Source: Oopsacas minuta (taxonomy: Eukaryota; Animalia; Porifera). Taken from it: a DNA stretch of 64,000 nt. The stretch's first letter is position 1, and each line of letters starts with the position of its first letter. Location of the stretch: NCBI GenBank assembly GCA_024704765.1, contig JAKMXF010000077.1, positions 387,220 to 451,219 on the forward strand, in the 5' to 3' direction. Positions 27,060-40,675 of the stretch are shown here, piece after piece. Made by a program: the position numbers and the translations under genes. The notes under the pieces were generated by a model that saw nothing but the letters and a program-made list of their open reading frames with translations, did no database searches and was not told the DNA's origin.

Positions 27060-30000
27060 TTGATCCAATCCAGTGGTAATACTCGAGGAGATTCTAGTTT
27101 TCCTTCAAGCATACCTACTGACACAATTATAGTATGTTCTCCTAGCTCTACGACCTCAGTTGAGAGGTTATTGAGTATTTGTTCTAGCATAATACTTTTG
27201 TCAGGGCTAGAATAAAGCCAGATGAACTGAGGATGATCTATCATGCTAAAATGGAATACAGAAATGGAAGACTCAGAAGCCGAACAATGAGATATTTAAA
27301 TTTATTGTGCATCATTTATTTGATACGTTTTATTCATTATTCATCTTAGCTACTCAAAACCTTTTTCATTTCCTTAAAACCGAAAATACCCAGTTAATAC
27401 AGTAAATCATTCGAACATAATTCACAAGATAAGGGGTACGAATTTCGTCATCTCCAGGTTGTTGATCTGCATACTAGGTATTAACGATGTTCTATTTTAT
27501 ATGCTATATTTACATTGTGTTTCCCTTAGTAAGTTGAATTGTTGCCCTCAATTGCAATTCTTGATAATATTGAAGACAGGTAAGGTCAGCTCAAGGTGAA
27601 GTAAAAACATGATCAGGTCATGACCTGACCTTTAACAAGCCTATCTTTATTCCATTATTATGACTATTCTTGATTGGCGTACAAAGTAAACATTATCGGC
27701 TAACTGAGACGTTACTAATTATAAATGTGACACATATAACCTATTGTTCCCAATTATCCTAAATGTGTGTATAATCACTGTGAAAAATGGAAAATAATTT
27801 TGGCAGATTTCACACTCGTATACATTTTCCCAGTAAAAATAAGGTGATTGTTACTTGATAGAACAAATTTGACTTCATAATAGGAAGATGCATACAAATT
27901 GGTTTGTAAAATATAATTTTCACTCTTGATGAGAAAGATGATATCAATTTTGTTGACTAGTGTAGTGCAAAACCACTTTCCTCAATACTTCACTATCAGG
28001 ATAAATATTTGTCCTGATAATAAAGTTGATATTGGCTTGCTTTCAGCGAGTGAGAATAATGCAATTAGTTCCCATGACGAAATAGAGAATGGGGAATTCC
28101 ATGTCAAGTCAACCAGACATCTCACCAACATCAAACAATTTGGCTGAAAGTTGGCGAACAATAAGCTACTTACATTTCTTTACTTCAGTGAAAAGAACAA
28201 TGACCATGTGGTCAATGACATCACAATTTTCTATATTTTGTAGTATGCTAAGGATTTTCCAACCATTGAAATTTCTACTTCAGATTAATCTCGAATATGT
28301 CGAAACGAATTTAGTAAACTGCTTTGTAAACTGTTATTCTTATGTTATTATATATGGAGAAATCAAAAACAAGAAATAAGATAGGGTCTAACCAGGGGGA
28401 AATAAAATTATCCGGTCACGCTCCTAGCTCTCCTCATCCCGGAATATTATGCCACTAATTCAGTGAATTCGTGTAATGGTATTAGTCAATATCCGGAGAT
28501 TGGTGTTCAAAAATATTATTTCATCAAATATCATGCGCCTTGAGGAGCGTCCTGTATTCCTAGATAATCTTTTATTCTAACTGTTGTGAAGAATTGCAAC
28601 TAAAAACAAATCTTGATTGGTAAAGGAAATATGAGGTAACAAAAATGCGTATTTTAAAACTTTCATTTTTTGATAAAATTATTATAAAGTCTGAATTTTT
28701 ATATAGAAAATTTCATAGGTTAAATCTGTTCCTTTTGAGATATTCACATTTTTGTGACTGGAAGGGATATCTTCTATTCAGTAAGTTTGAACAAAATTGT
28801 GTTAAAAAGTGGAGATATGAATAAAAATTGGTATACATATACTTAAGAAACTCCTGAATAATAATATTTTCGATCCCATATGGTATTATAAACAGGGCTG
28901 TCTGCAATTTTGCAATACGTCCGGTCCCACAATGGCTAATCAATTCGAATCTCATCGAATCAACTATTAACCACCAGATTTATAATAAGTGTTTAATATC
29001 AAGCTATTTGATGGTCATTAGGCAACATTTTTATTTCTTTCCGTAAAACTCAGGAATGTGACTCAAGAATGTAACAACATTCAATTTCCAACCTTTATCC
29101 TAACTTCATTGAGTGACCTCATGTTCGACGCCAATAGGATAGCTGAATCTACTATTAAATTTCAAACCTCTAAACATTTCTTAAGCACTGATATTTCCAA
29201 ACATGCATTGGGATCTTCAAGAAATACATAGTGATTGAACCACTAAGTTTTATATATCAGATGAAAACAGAAACAATTGATCAAATTGAGACAGATTTCT
29301 GTAAAGTTCACATAAACAAGCAATCAAACGCAATACCAAATAGTTTTGACGCTTAGAATTGTCTGAGATTCTCTGCAAATAGTAGTAAATAAATACTTGG
29401 GAAGAATATTCTAGGGTTTATACAAGGAAATATAGGATACATTGAGTGCTAGTCTCGCTTCGAAGCCTGGCTACAACACTAGAGGATTAAGCATAGTGCC
29501 AAAGAAGCTAAAAAGCAGATATGGTGGGCAAGTACTTAAAAAGTATAATTGCAAATACCACTTCTTGTGAAATTATTCAATACAATTAAAAATAACAAAA
29601 TATTCTTAAAAACAATTGGAATGTATACAAATACAAATACAAAACCGATGATAATTTAGCATAATCTAACATGAGCAGCCAGGGCCGAGGTCATTATATG
29701 CAACATTCTCTATAATGATCCAGACACAAAATTATTGAACAACGATATAGAATATGCATTCACTTTCTTATGATGTAATCAAATAATGAAAACTCCACAA
29801 ATACTATATTATCACAATGCAGTTGTATAATCTTCTACTACATTATCTCCAAATCAAGTAGCATGTGAAGTAGAGAACTACAATACCATGTTTAATGAGA
29901 GTCATAGGATCTCAGCAACATCTGTTGTTCGAATGTTTTGTCTGTTATAGACCTCTCCCTTGGCGCAGGAATTTCCCTGTTATGCTAGTAGACTCTCACA

Positions 30001-33000
30001 GTAGCTGAAGATGCTCGTGTAAACAAAAGATATTAGCTAATAAATTTGGTTTGGGAACTTAGAAGTGTTTGAAGTCCAAAAATTGAGATGTTCGGATTCT
30101 CTGAGAGAAATTGAGCACCTTGATATTTTGTATCCAGCCATGTGAGCCTGCTTTAAGTTACCAGGTCAAACGTAATTGGACTAAACATCAGGGTTCCCAA
30201 TTAGTTGTGACTTTTCTCTGAGACTCTGACTCATTAAGATATACTGAAAAAATATATATGCACAGTAATATTGAAAATTGATCAGATTATTAATTCAAAA
30301 CGTCATAGTTATTGAATCAACCAAGAAGCGACATGGATCTACGTATATTCTTATCGATTTTATTACATGCGAATATATACGTATAGTTACCAACGATCTA
30401 GTGGCCACTATACTCATATAACCAAGTTGACCTGGTCAAAACCTGGTCTGGAAAAATTCTGCGCATGTATGCCCAGGTTAGATTGCACTACTGGAATGGC
30501 TCTGGTATTTCTATTACTATACTACTTCAAGTATTAGTATTATCTACAGGAACATTGCATAGCTCAGTGAACTCAAGAATCCATAATGTTCTTTCATTGG
30601 TTCACAATGATGCCTTTCAGGTTACTGAGGTCGTTCTAAGTAGTGTTTTTAGCGAGCAATGATGTTCTAGTTGACTGATGTTCAATGACTATTGGTTTTG
30701 CTTGTTCTTATTAAATCCTGACTTGTTCTTTCTCTAAAAATACGAAAGATTATTTACCTTATCATTTCGGTAATAGAAGAGAATGAAACCTATGAATTCG
30801 CAAATTCATTTTTCACGATATACGAACTGCATAATCAGTAGAATCTGTCTAATCCTACACTCGTTTGGATAGTAAATAATGTTGTTTAACTGAAATCCGG
30901 ATTATAGAGATTTCTGCTTTCACACGTTCCACTGTCAAACACAAGAGATTAATGTAATTATAAAAACAATAATATAGTGAGATAGAGAAGTTTGACGTTG
31001 CCTTAGAAGAACCAAATATTTTTGATAAGCTTAGCTTGCATCTAGCGGTAAAATTTCCTCCATCGCATTGATGTACATCGAAATATCTGGAGATCACTGA
31101 GTGAGACCTTGCAATTGTGCTTTGAATAACAAAGTATATTCAACTACCTCGTAAATGAAGAACAGGAACTCCTATATATAGATAGTTGAAATACAAATCT
31201 ATACTATTAGACGCAATGAATCTGCAAAGCGACATAGCGTATCCTGTGCCACCACAGAAGGCCATTGAATGGAAATTGGATAAACCATGGATAATCAAAT
31301 CGTAAAAATTGAACTATTTTGTGAATTCGTTTGGACTTAGTGCTGAGTATTTTCCATAGCATAGCGACCAATAAGGTCTTAAAATGTAGCAGCTTAATAA
31401 TGAAGCTAACTTGGAACACTGAGGTGTCGCACAGCGACCTAGCAAGCAAAGCTCGTTAATATAAAGGATTATATTTCTAAATTATCTAAAGGCAATTAAT
31501 CTGTCTCTCTATATATGTTTGTATTTCCAGAATTATTGTAGAGATTTTGGGACAGTTTGGCTATATATGGTCGAGTCGAATAATGGTGTTCTAAAGAAGC
31601 TGGAAGAGCCCATGATATTAGTGGTTCGTATTATATTCTAACTTTATAACAATTAACTTATGTTACATACCAAGAGTAACGAAGTTCGTCACATTCAAAG
31701 AAATTGTTCCAAACCAACCCCAAGATCAAAAGGATGAGTAGATTGGGGTAGAGAAATCCTGAAGTTTCAGAGGATATATGAATTTATCAATCTCAAACAT
31801 ATTATTCTCACCCTTGATAATAATTGTTTGAGAAATAAGCATAATGATATACATACACTTTGAACTTCATAGTTGTCCATTAAGAATTTAGCAGTTAACC
31901 TCATAACCATGTAGAGAAATCTACGACCATTAGGATGATGCTGTTCATGGTCAAGTGATCCTATTTAACAGGTGGCCCAAGGCTAACCGATGGCACAATT
32001 AAGCGGAGTATATATGTATGTTCAATATAAATTTTTCAGACAGACAAATGCGAATTTTTGTATATTAACAAAACACGGTAATTAGAATTTGAGTGAACAA
32101 TTTCCCTACTAGCTAGGAACGCTAATAAAACCTATGTAAACGATAAAAACTCACAGATAGTAGCAAATATCATGTGCACAGAAAAATATTTCTCACTTAG
32201 GGCATTCTAAAATTTCTCATTAGCTGCTCATACTAATTATCCTAATTCTACCTTATGAATTGTATATTGCATCTTGATACTCATACAACAATATGTATCT
32301 ATTGCAGTTGAGCAATTCTATCTAGCCATATGTCTGTTGATATATCTTACTTTCAATTTTCCCAGTTTTCCACTGACTAAGCAAATCTGAAGAACGAGCC
32401 TATATAAAGATTCATAGTCTATTTGGCAATTAACCACTCCATGTCCATGAAGTCACATATTATCGTGAGCATGTTCTATCAAATCCTAGAGTATAGGAAT
32501 GGGCACATCATGTAATGGGTGGTAGATGCAGCATGGAAGATGACACTCGGACCTAAGGCCAATTCGTCAACTGCCGAATATTATTTCTGAGGTTAGGGAG
32601 CTCGTGACTAGCTACAATCAACCCTCGTTGAAGTACTGGAGTTATTTCCATAGTAATAGATATCTATTCGGGAAGTGTTCATTCAATTCTATACGATATT
32701 CTCTGACATCGAAATATTTCAGTGGGGTGGATACAAAATTTCCTTGACAATAAGAGAATAGGGTTTGGTGCTAAGAGAATAGGGTGGAGAAAGTGCTTAG
32801 AGCATAGGAATTGTGACGATCGGAGGTTATGAGAAATTGTAACAGGTGATCAAACTTGTATTAATATTCTGAATCTCAGCGCAAGTAACAAAGCAAATCA
32901 TGACTCCCTGAAGGTTCTCGATCCCAGAAAAGGCAAAAATAGTTCATGCAATTCATAACTGAGGCAGTGGAAGAATATTGTATTCAACAAATTGGCTGCG

Positions 33001-33323
33001 AAATGAAAACTAATGCTGTTGATGCAATTTTGTATAAGGGGATTCAACATAATGATGCCAACTTATTACATGAAATAATTTCGATCTTTCTCACAGCATT
33101 TGCATAGTATCATAAACTGATCATTATAAATTGTTTATGAGAACAATATTATTTTATATGTTATTTTAGTGTGCAGAGCCAATGTGGTGTGTTAGGCAAT
33201 GGCAGCACAAATCAATACTAGTGCTTGCTACGGAAACATTAAGAGTTCGTTGCCGGGATAATATTAATTGCTTGCCAGGTTCTTGTACCATTTTCAAATA
33301 TAAATTATATACTACCAACGTAC

Positions 33324-33459
33324 CAAAGTTTGTATCATTTTGGTTCTATTTCTTCGCATATGATTGACACATTTAAAGATATTAATTGAGCCATCATTGT
33401 GGATCTTGGTCAACATACTATCTAATAAGATAAAAGTTCCAGATCTTCCAACACCAGCA
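33324..33459 (-). CDS. protein tyrosine phosphatase exon (P-loop C-terminal half to Q-loop)
   Basis: tctctatag|T GCT GGT GTT GGA AGA TCT GGA...CAA ACT TTG|gtacgt; 136 bp, phase 2 to phase 0; (S)AGVGRSGTFILLDSMLTKIHNDGSINIFKCVNHMRRNRTKMIQTL. Confidence 0.93.
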
Positions 33460-34650
33460 CTATAGAGAAAGAAATTGAAATAAGTGGAGTAATAGCATAT
33501 AAAACACAAGGGAATTTCCTAATCAAAAATGTGTAGAATAAAGTGCAAGTAACCCAATATATACTAGATATCCATATAAAGCCAAGTATTCTAGTTTCCA
33601 ATAATGCCATAATCGATACTATAACCAGAATAATGATTAGTTGAATATTAGTGCTACCTAATGCACATGATCAAACATCCTGTAGGTCAAAATAACTTGA
33701 ACGTTTACTATGTTGTAGAAAATACTCAATATTACTTGCTCCATAAATGTTTAATAATGTCACAATTGATTCCAGAAATTATTACACCCGTCTACAGCAA
33801 CTTGTTGCTTGAATAAAGTGTATTAATTCCGGGAGATCGACTATACTGATTCCGAAAATTACAATTGTTTCTCTCCATAGACTCTTGTTTTCTAGAACTT
33901 GACATTTCTATTTGTTAGAAATTGATAATTGTATTCTAGCAATTATATATTTAGCAACATGTATGTGTCCAAGCCAGTCTCTAATACTAACCTTTTCGTG
34001 AGGTATGCGTGAGCTTATATTAGTATTACTATGCAATTGGCCATAAGATTGTCAAGCTTTTAGAATATCCTCAATTAACTAAAGTTCGACATAACCAAAA
34101 TACGTATATTTTTAAATTATTATCTATAAATACTGTGAACAATCCAAAATCGTTCAGTGTCTGTTTCTGGCTGGGAAACAGGAAAAGTATGAACTTTTAG
34201 GGTGGTAGAAGTGGGATATACCAAATATGTGTGCAGAACGTTGCAAGTTGCTAAAATAGACTTGTTTCCAACTGCACACAAATTGGAGAGAATCTTAAAT
34301 GATTTAATGTAGTATTAATGGTGCCAAAGTTGAATACGTAGGAGAAAGTGAAGAAAAGATTTTGCTAACGAATTATGAGCTCACAATAAAGCGAAATTTT
34401 CTGGAGTCCCCCTAATATTTTATCAGATATCTTCGATATTTTTCCATTTCTAAAGTAGCCTTCGCTGAATCTCAAACTTATCAGTTTCCCCATGTTTGAC
34501 GCTCCTGGAATAATTGAGCCTAGTGTGATCAATTTATTATGACCAAAAAAATGAAGTGTCAGAAGTTCAGAAAGAGGGGCTAGGATATGTGAATAATCCT
34601 TGTACGAAATTAGGTGACTATTGGAGTTTTACATCCAAGAGTTTGTAGTA

Positions 34651-35968
34651 CAGGGTGTCCAGAAATTAAAGTCACCTACATTATGTTAAGAATAAGAAAA
34701 TACCAGTGCACTATTGAATTCATTTATTTCTCAATACAACGACCCTCCAATTCTAAACATTTTCTGATTTTATTGGGCATCCCTGCAACTAGATTCTCGA
34801 GACAAGATGGATCAATGTTGGACCAGGCCATTTTAGAGATTTCTTAAGGTTTTCTAGGTTATTTGATTGAGACAAATCGTCAAGTCTCTGGTTGAGAATT
34901 GACCAAAGATTATCAATGGGATTCAGGTCTGGAGAGTTACCTGGCCACTTCTCTTTAGCCCAGAAATTTGGTAATTGGTTTTTGCACCAATCTTGAGTAA
35001 TGTTGGCTCTGTGGGGTGGAGCACCATCTTGCATCAATGTGGCCTTCAACGGGTCTGCTATCATTCTCTTTTCGAGTATTGTCCCTGTTTTTCGTTTGCG
35101 GTTTAGTGCATCTTTATAGGTTTTGGTCAGTATTTCAGATACATAATAAGAAGCATTCATAGTTCGTTTGGGTCGCACAAAGTGTAATTCTGATAGTGCC
35201 TGACAGCTCATCATGCCGCACACCATGATTTTCTGCGGGAATTTAGCCGTTTCCTGAGGGAGAACATCTGAAGAATTATGACACCAGACAGGATCATTTT
35301 CATGATTGGATGAATGGAAAAGTTCGAAGGGTGACTCATCTGTCCAGAGAATACATTTCCAATCATCTACTGACTACACACTGTATTTTTGACAGAATTC
35401 CAGTCTGTTTGCCTTTTGCTTTCCGGGCAATTTTGGCTGTTTAGGTCGTTTGAAGGCCTTAACTCCAGGGATTTGGATAAATATGAGTGCACAGTTCTCT
35501 TAGATATAGAATACCCCTTAGATTTCAGTTTAGCACTCAATCTTCTTGGGGATTGGTGACGTTTCCAAGAGATTTGCCAATAATCATCTTGGCCATCGGA
35601 TTCAGCAAAGATGGGCGACTGGCATCAGGTTTATGTTCGAGGCTCTGGTTGCTGGTGAGTCTCTTCCACCACCGTTTGACCCTGCGAATATCCTTCCCTA
35701 TCCTACTAGCAACTACCTTCTGAGTTAGTCCACTTGCCAGCATGCCTATTGCGCGTGTACGAACCTCAGTGCTCATAATAATAACGCTAATCAGTTGAAA
35801 GTATATAGTAAAATGAAAATGAATTTTATAATATATTTCACTAAACAGAGATGAATACTGCATAAAATTTACGAAATAGTGCATTAAGGCATATACGTAC
35901 TAGTGCTAATCAATATATGGTCAGTTAAGAAAAATATCATGAGGTGACAATAATTTCAGGACACCCTG
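34651..35968 (-). mobile_element. Tc1-like DD37 transposon, copy A, defective
   Basis: TIRs CAGGGTGTCC(A/T)GAAATT..., TA on both sides, 1318 bp; transposase 35776-34724 with WTDESPF, MQDGAPPH, SPDLNPIDNLW; frameshifts and stops. Confidence 0.95.
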
Positions 35969-36213
35969 TAGAAGATGTATATTCTATATTTGTAGAAACA
36001 ATAACGTAAATGCCTATGTATATCTGAATTGGACAATTGTACATTATTTTTTGCTTCCGCTTAGCCATCTTGAGGCAATGAATATTTTGATAAATGAAAA
36101 TTCACATTTGCGATTGAACTTATTGGTTATTCTATTGATTAACTACACCATAATATTGCTCAGCTATATATAAGGGCTCTCTTTGCAGAATAGTAAAATA
36201 ATCCAACATAATA

Positions 36214-36397
36214 CAGTAGAACCTCCTTAGTACGAGCACGATTGATACGAACTTTTGGATAACACGAACAAATATTTAAACAAAATCAAGTCACTAATAT
36301 GGTTTTTCTATTGATTTTGGTTATGATATTACGTCCTTCGGATAAGAAGCACAAATTTCGAAGGTCCGCTCGTGTATGTATTAACGAGATAATAATG
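36214..36397. mobile_element. pogo/Tigger-like MITE
   Basis: TA|CAGTAGAACCTCCTTAGTACGAGCAC; degenerate right end (reverse complement CATTATTATCTCGTTAATACATACAC); related to the element at 11453. Confidence 0.45.
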
Positions 36398-37130
36398 TAT
36401 CCTAGAATAAGTTAGGAATGTGCTAAATAAATGCATATCAAGTTTGAGTTTGGTAATTATGTCATATTTGAAGCTATAGAAAGCAAAAACTAGCGCAAAT
36501 TTCATTTCATAGTGAATAACGAAACGATCTATAAACTTATATATACAAAAACCAAAATGGAATAAACCAGTGAAGTAACTAACGTAAATATTTTAGAGGA
36601 TATATGCAAGACACCTAATGAATGTATTTATGGGGCTTTCATCGGCAAGTGAAACTCCAACATTGGACAGAATATTAGTTCATTATACCAACTTACTAGT
36701 GACTGTAATGATGGCGGTGAGTTAAAAGAAATTCAAAAGAGGGAGGCAAAAATCTAGCAATAAACTGATCAGAAGGTATCGAAAACATATAGCTAGGAAT
36801 TTTCTTTCTCTCATAATTCGAAGGTTATGTTAATAATACAAATCTCCCCAAAGGGTCAAAATGAAAGGAATGAGGAGAATTAGGAATTGAATAAAGTCAA
36901 AGATATTATTAGAGAACAAGGCGCAGGAATCTCTTGTAATTTTTTATCCCTAAATCGGAATGAAAGAATCCAAATTTTAGATTGAAGCACAAAAATAACA
37001 CCTATATTTTTTCCAACTAATCATAAAGTTGAAATAATCACTAACGAATGAATTTAGTCGTTCATTCACTGCGCTAAACAATAAGAAATTGACAATAAAA
37101 AATTGTATAACTTTAACGTTTACCCTATTA

Positions 37131-39418
37131 CACAGGTCAATAAAATTTAACTTCATTTTCTTATCAAGTATTAGATTGACATTTTCTAAGTTAGTTTTTA
37201 CGCTGAATTCAAATCTACTTTCAGATTCTTTCCAGCACGTCCAGTTTTTTTTTTTCCATCTACAAGTCAACGATTTTTATGTATTTCCTAAATCTTTCCT
37301 GTTATTTTAAGGTAGTGGCTGTCTTTTTGTCTTCTTACATGATAGCCATCTGAAATAAATCAACGTTTCAATGTTTTAGATTAATGCCAAGATAATATCA
37401 GTTATTACCCTAGCTCTTCATATAATTATTCACATTCATGCATGTATCAACTACTCACAAACTAAGGGGAAATACATATCCATCTAGAAGTATAAAGGTA
37501 GCTAACCAAATTAAAAGTGTTGAGAGTACGACTTCATTTTATATATCTTGTTGGGATTATCTCTGAAGAGCCTCCAACAGTAATCGGACATCATACCCTC
37601 ATTCCAGAAACCTTGGTATCGGGTTTCCATCTCTTGTATGTCTTGGTGGAATCTCTCACCCTGTTCATCACTTACAGTACCAAGGTTCTCAGGGAAAAAA
37701 TCAAGGTGAGAGTGCAAGAAGTGAAGTTTTAGCGACATGCGACAGCCCATCTTCTCGTATGCGTTAAGCAAGGTTTCCACTCCTTCTCTGTAGTTGGACG
37801 ACTTCTTATTGCCCAAAAGATTTTCACAAACCCATTTGAAAGAATTCCAAGCACTCATTTCTAATTCGGATAATGTCTTCTCGAAATGTGGATCTCTGGA
37901 TACTTGTCTGATTTGCGGTCCTACAAATACTCCCTCTTTTAACTTTGCCTCTCTTAGTTTCAGAAATTTGCCACCAAATGCAGAAATCCCGCAGAATTTG
38001 TTTTGCCCATTGTTTTAACGAATGTTTTCATTAATCCAAGTTTAATATGAAGTGGGGGTAAGAAAACTTTGTTTGGATCTACCAATGGCGAATGCTGTAA
38101 ATTAGTTTTCCCACTTCATAGGTTCTTTTCGGCCAATCACATTTTTTATAATGTTCACCAGTTGCTCGGCTGTCCCATAGACATAGGAAACAACAATACT
38201 TTGTAAAACCTTGTTGCAAGCCCATCAATATCCCGATTATCTTAAGATCACCGCAGATATTCCATATATGTGTTCTAGACTGTATTTGCCTCCAAAACTT
38301 CCTGCAAATTGACGAAGGTTTCTTTGAGATAGACGGAGTGAGCAATTGGAACGCCAGGCTTTAGATCTCCGTTATGCAACAGAACAGCTTTCAAACTGCG
38401 TTTTGACGAGTCGATGAAAAGGCGCCAATCAGAGGAACAATGTTCTTGTAATAGGGTTTGCATAGAGTCCTTTGATATCATTACAATAGCGCAGTGGACC
38501 ATCAGTGGTGTAGTATTGAGCGAGATCGAAATTTCGCTTGCGATAGTGGGATACTAGGACATCTTTGTCGAGTAGGTTTCTGTTTGAGCCTGGATGCAAG
38601 GAGTTCAGCTTTGTCTTTAGATAAGTTTAGATCCCTGGACAGGTTATTCAATTCTCCCTGTGTAAATGTTTGTGGCTCTAGTAATTCATCTTCTGGGACA
38701 TAATTAGCATCTGTAGAATCTGCATGAACATCTTCCATCATATCAGACCCGATTATAATTTGCTGTGGCTTGGGAATTGGGAATGGTAATGAGATGTCGT
38801 GTGGAATTGGCCTGCGAGCAGAATCCAAGTCTGGGTAACAAGAGCGTGCTTATTCTTGGCTGAGAATCCTGGAATGTCGATAAGGCAAAGTAACAATCAT
38901 CAAGGTGATTTTTCTGTTCCCTCCAGACCATGGGTATTGCAAATAGCATTGAAACTTTCCTTTTGTTCAACCAATCACGTAGTCCACTTGAACAAGAAGT
39001 GCATATGACATGTGGTGCCCACGACTTGTCTTGGTCACCAAGTGGACATTCGAAGTACAATTTGTATATGTTCTTTAATTGATTTGTGATTGGTCGTCTT
39101 TGTGATTTTACGCAAAAAGGACCACAAACGTAACAGAAATTGTCGGGATGAGTTCTACACTTACGATGCATGTTTATAATTGATTTGCTTGAATTCAAAT
39201 AAGTAGAGTCATTTATATTCCAGATAATAGAATTAAAATAGGCATGCTCATATAGTAATTTAGTAACTAGGTAATACTATACAATTGAAAAATGGGTATT
39301 GGATTTCAGAATAACTAGACGTGCTAGAGAAATTCTGATTGCAGATTGGAGTTCAGCATTCAAAAGTATGCTAAGATAAATGTATGTGATCTCTGATGAG
39401 AAATCTTTTTGAGTTGTG
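37131..39418 (-). mobile_element. Chapaev3 (CMC superfamily) DNA transposon, full length, defective
   Basis: TTA|CACAGGTCAATAAAATTT at left and reverse complement CACAACTCAAAAAGATTT at right, TTA on both sides (3-bp TSD); about 110-bp imperfect TIRs sharing GCTGAA.T..AATCT...CAGCACGTC.AG. Confidence 0.88.
37511..39198 (-). pseudogene. Chapaev3 transposase, frameshifted
   Basis: CRTHPDNFCYVCG, WAPHVICTSC, PMVWREQKNHLDDCYF, WRLFIDSSKRSLKAVLLHNG, ICGDLKI...GFTKYCCFLCLWDSRA, SLKLHFLHSHLDFFPENLGTVSDEQGERFHQDI. Confidence 0.9.
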
Positions 39419-40675
39419 TTATCTATTTCTCCAAAATTGGAATCATCGCCAACTGTGCAAGGTGAAGCTGGAACATCCGAGACCGAAATATTAGGAAGTG
39501 AAAATTAAGCATGAGAATGTATAGAAGTAAATACGAACTCCAGAAATCAGAATATACGGACAACCCGATTATTAACTTGAATTTCCTCTACCCCTAGCCG
39601 TTTACAAACCCATCTGTATATACAATTTCGAACACTACATCGTAAAGTTTGATTCTCTACATCATTTTGCCGTTTGCTTCCATCGCTGATCTAGGAAATA
39701 TGGAATATATGTGCATCAATTATATATAATGCTATTGCTGTAAGTTTTTAAGTAATAAACAAATGTCGTATATGTTGAACACAAAGGTATTTTTGACCAA
39801 ATTGATTGAAGATATGGTAAAACTCGACATGAAAATAGGTTTTATAAAAATGTAATATCTAAGATCATGCATTATCAAAATGCTTTTTAAGAAAATGATT
39901 AAAAGTTGTTCTATTAGAATAGGATAGATATCTAGCTTATAAATTAAAACTCTCTGAGATAGCTAACAAATCTTGGCCCACCAGATTTTAGGGTTTGACA
40001 ATTGTGCTTACTCTGTTCTTCTATAGAGTTTGAATAGGATATTCAATTTCTCATAATAAACAAGTATAAAATACTAGCTTACCAACAACATATAAATAAT
40101 CTATATACTTCATTATTCTCATATCGGATTTCTCGTTTTCTATATTCACTATGTCGTATTACCAAAGTGGACCTCAACGGAAAAACAAGTTTACACGATT
40201 TAGTAAGGGGGAAGAATTCTCGTTGAATGAGGCAAGTGGCGCGCTTGAATTATTAATGTGAGGATGGCCGGTTATTCCTAAGAATTCTGCAAAATCATCA
40301 AAAGGAGGCGAAAGTTTTGTAGATATCCATAATCTATCTGATTGCACTATAAGTTATAATTATAAAGACAGCCCGTAGAGAGTGATCAAGAATACGATTA
40401 TTGTATGACAGAAGCTGCTCCTGTACAATGCCAGCATATCAAAGAAAATAATTTGTAAACTTTGTACTTTCAATGAGTCAACTGATCGAGTAGCATCATG
40501 GAATATACATAAGAAATCTTTGTTTGAAGCAAAGCTTTTACCAAATGCATAAAAGAATTGAACAAACATACACTGAATAGTGCATTATTGGATATAGAGT
40601 ATCGGATTGAGAAACAAGGGAAATTTCTATCTGATTATCCAGGAAGATATATCCCCCTCTCAAATCAGGAGTCTA

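Noticed and set aside
28140-28280. 30-nt GTAAGT...TTTCAG mini-intron with flanking exon-like sequence on the minus strand
   Set aside because: Spliced product stops within about 12 codons and matches no recognised family.
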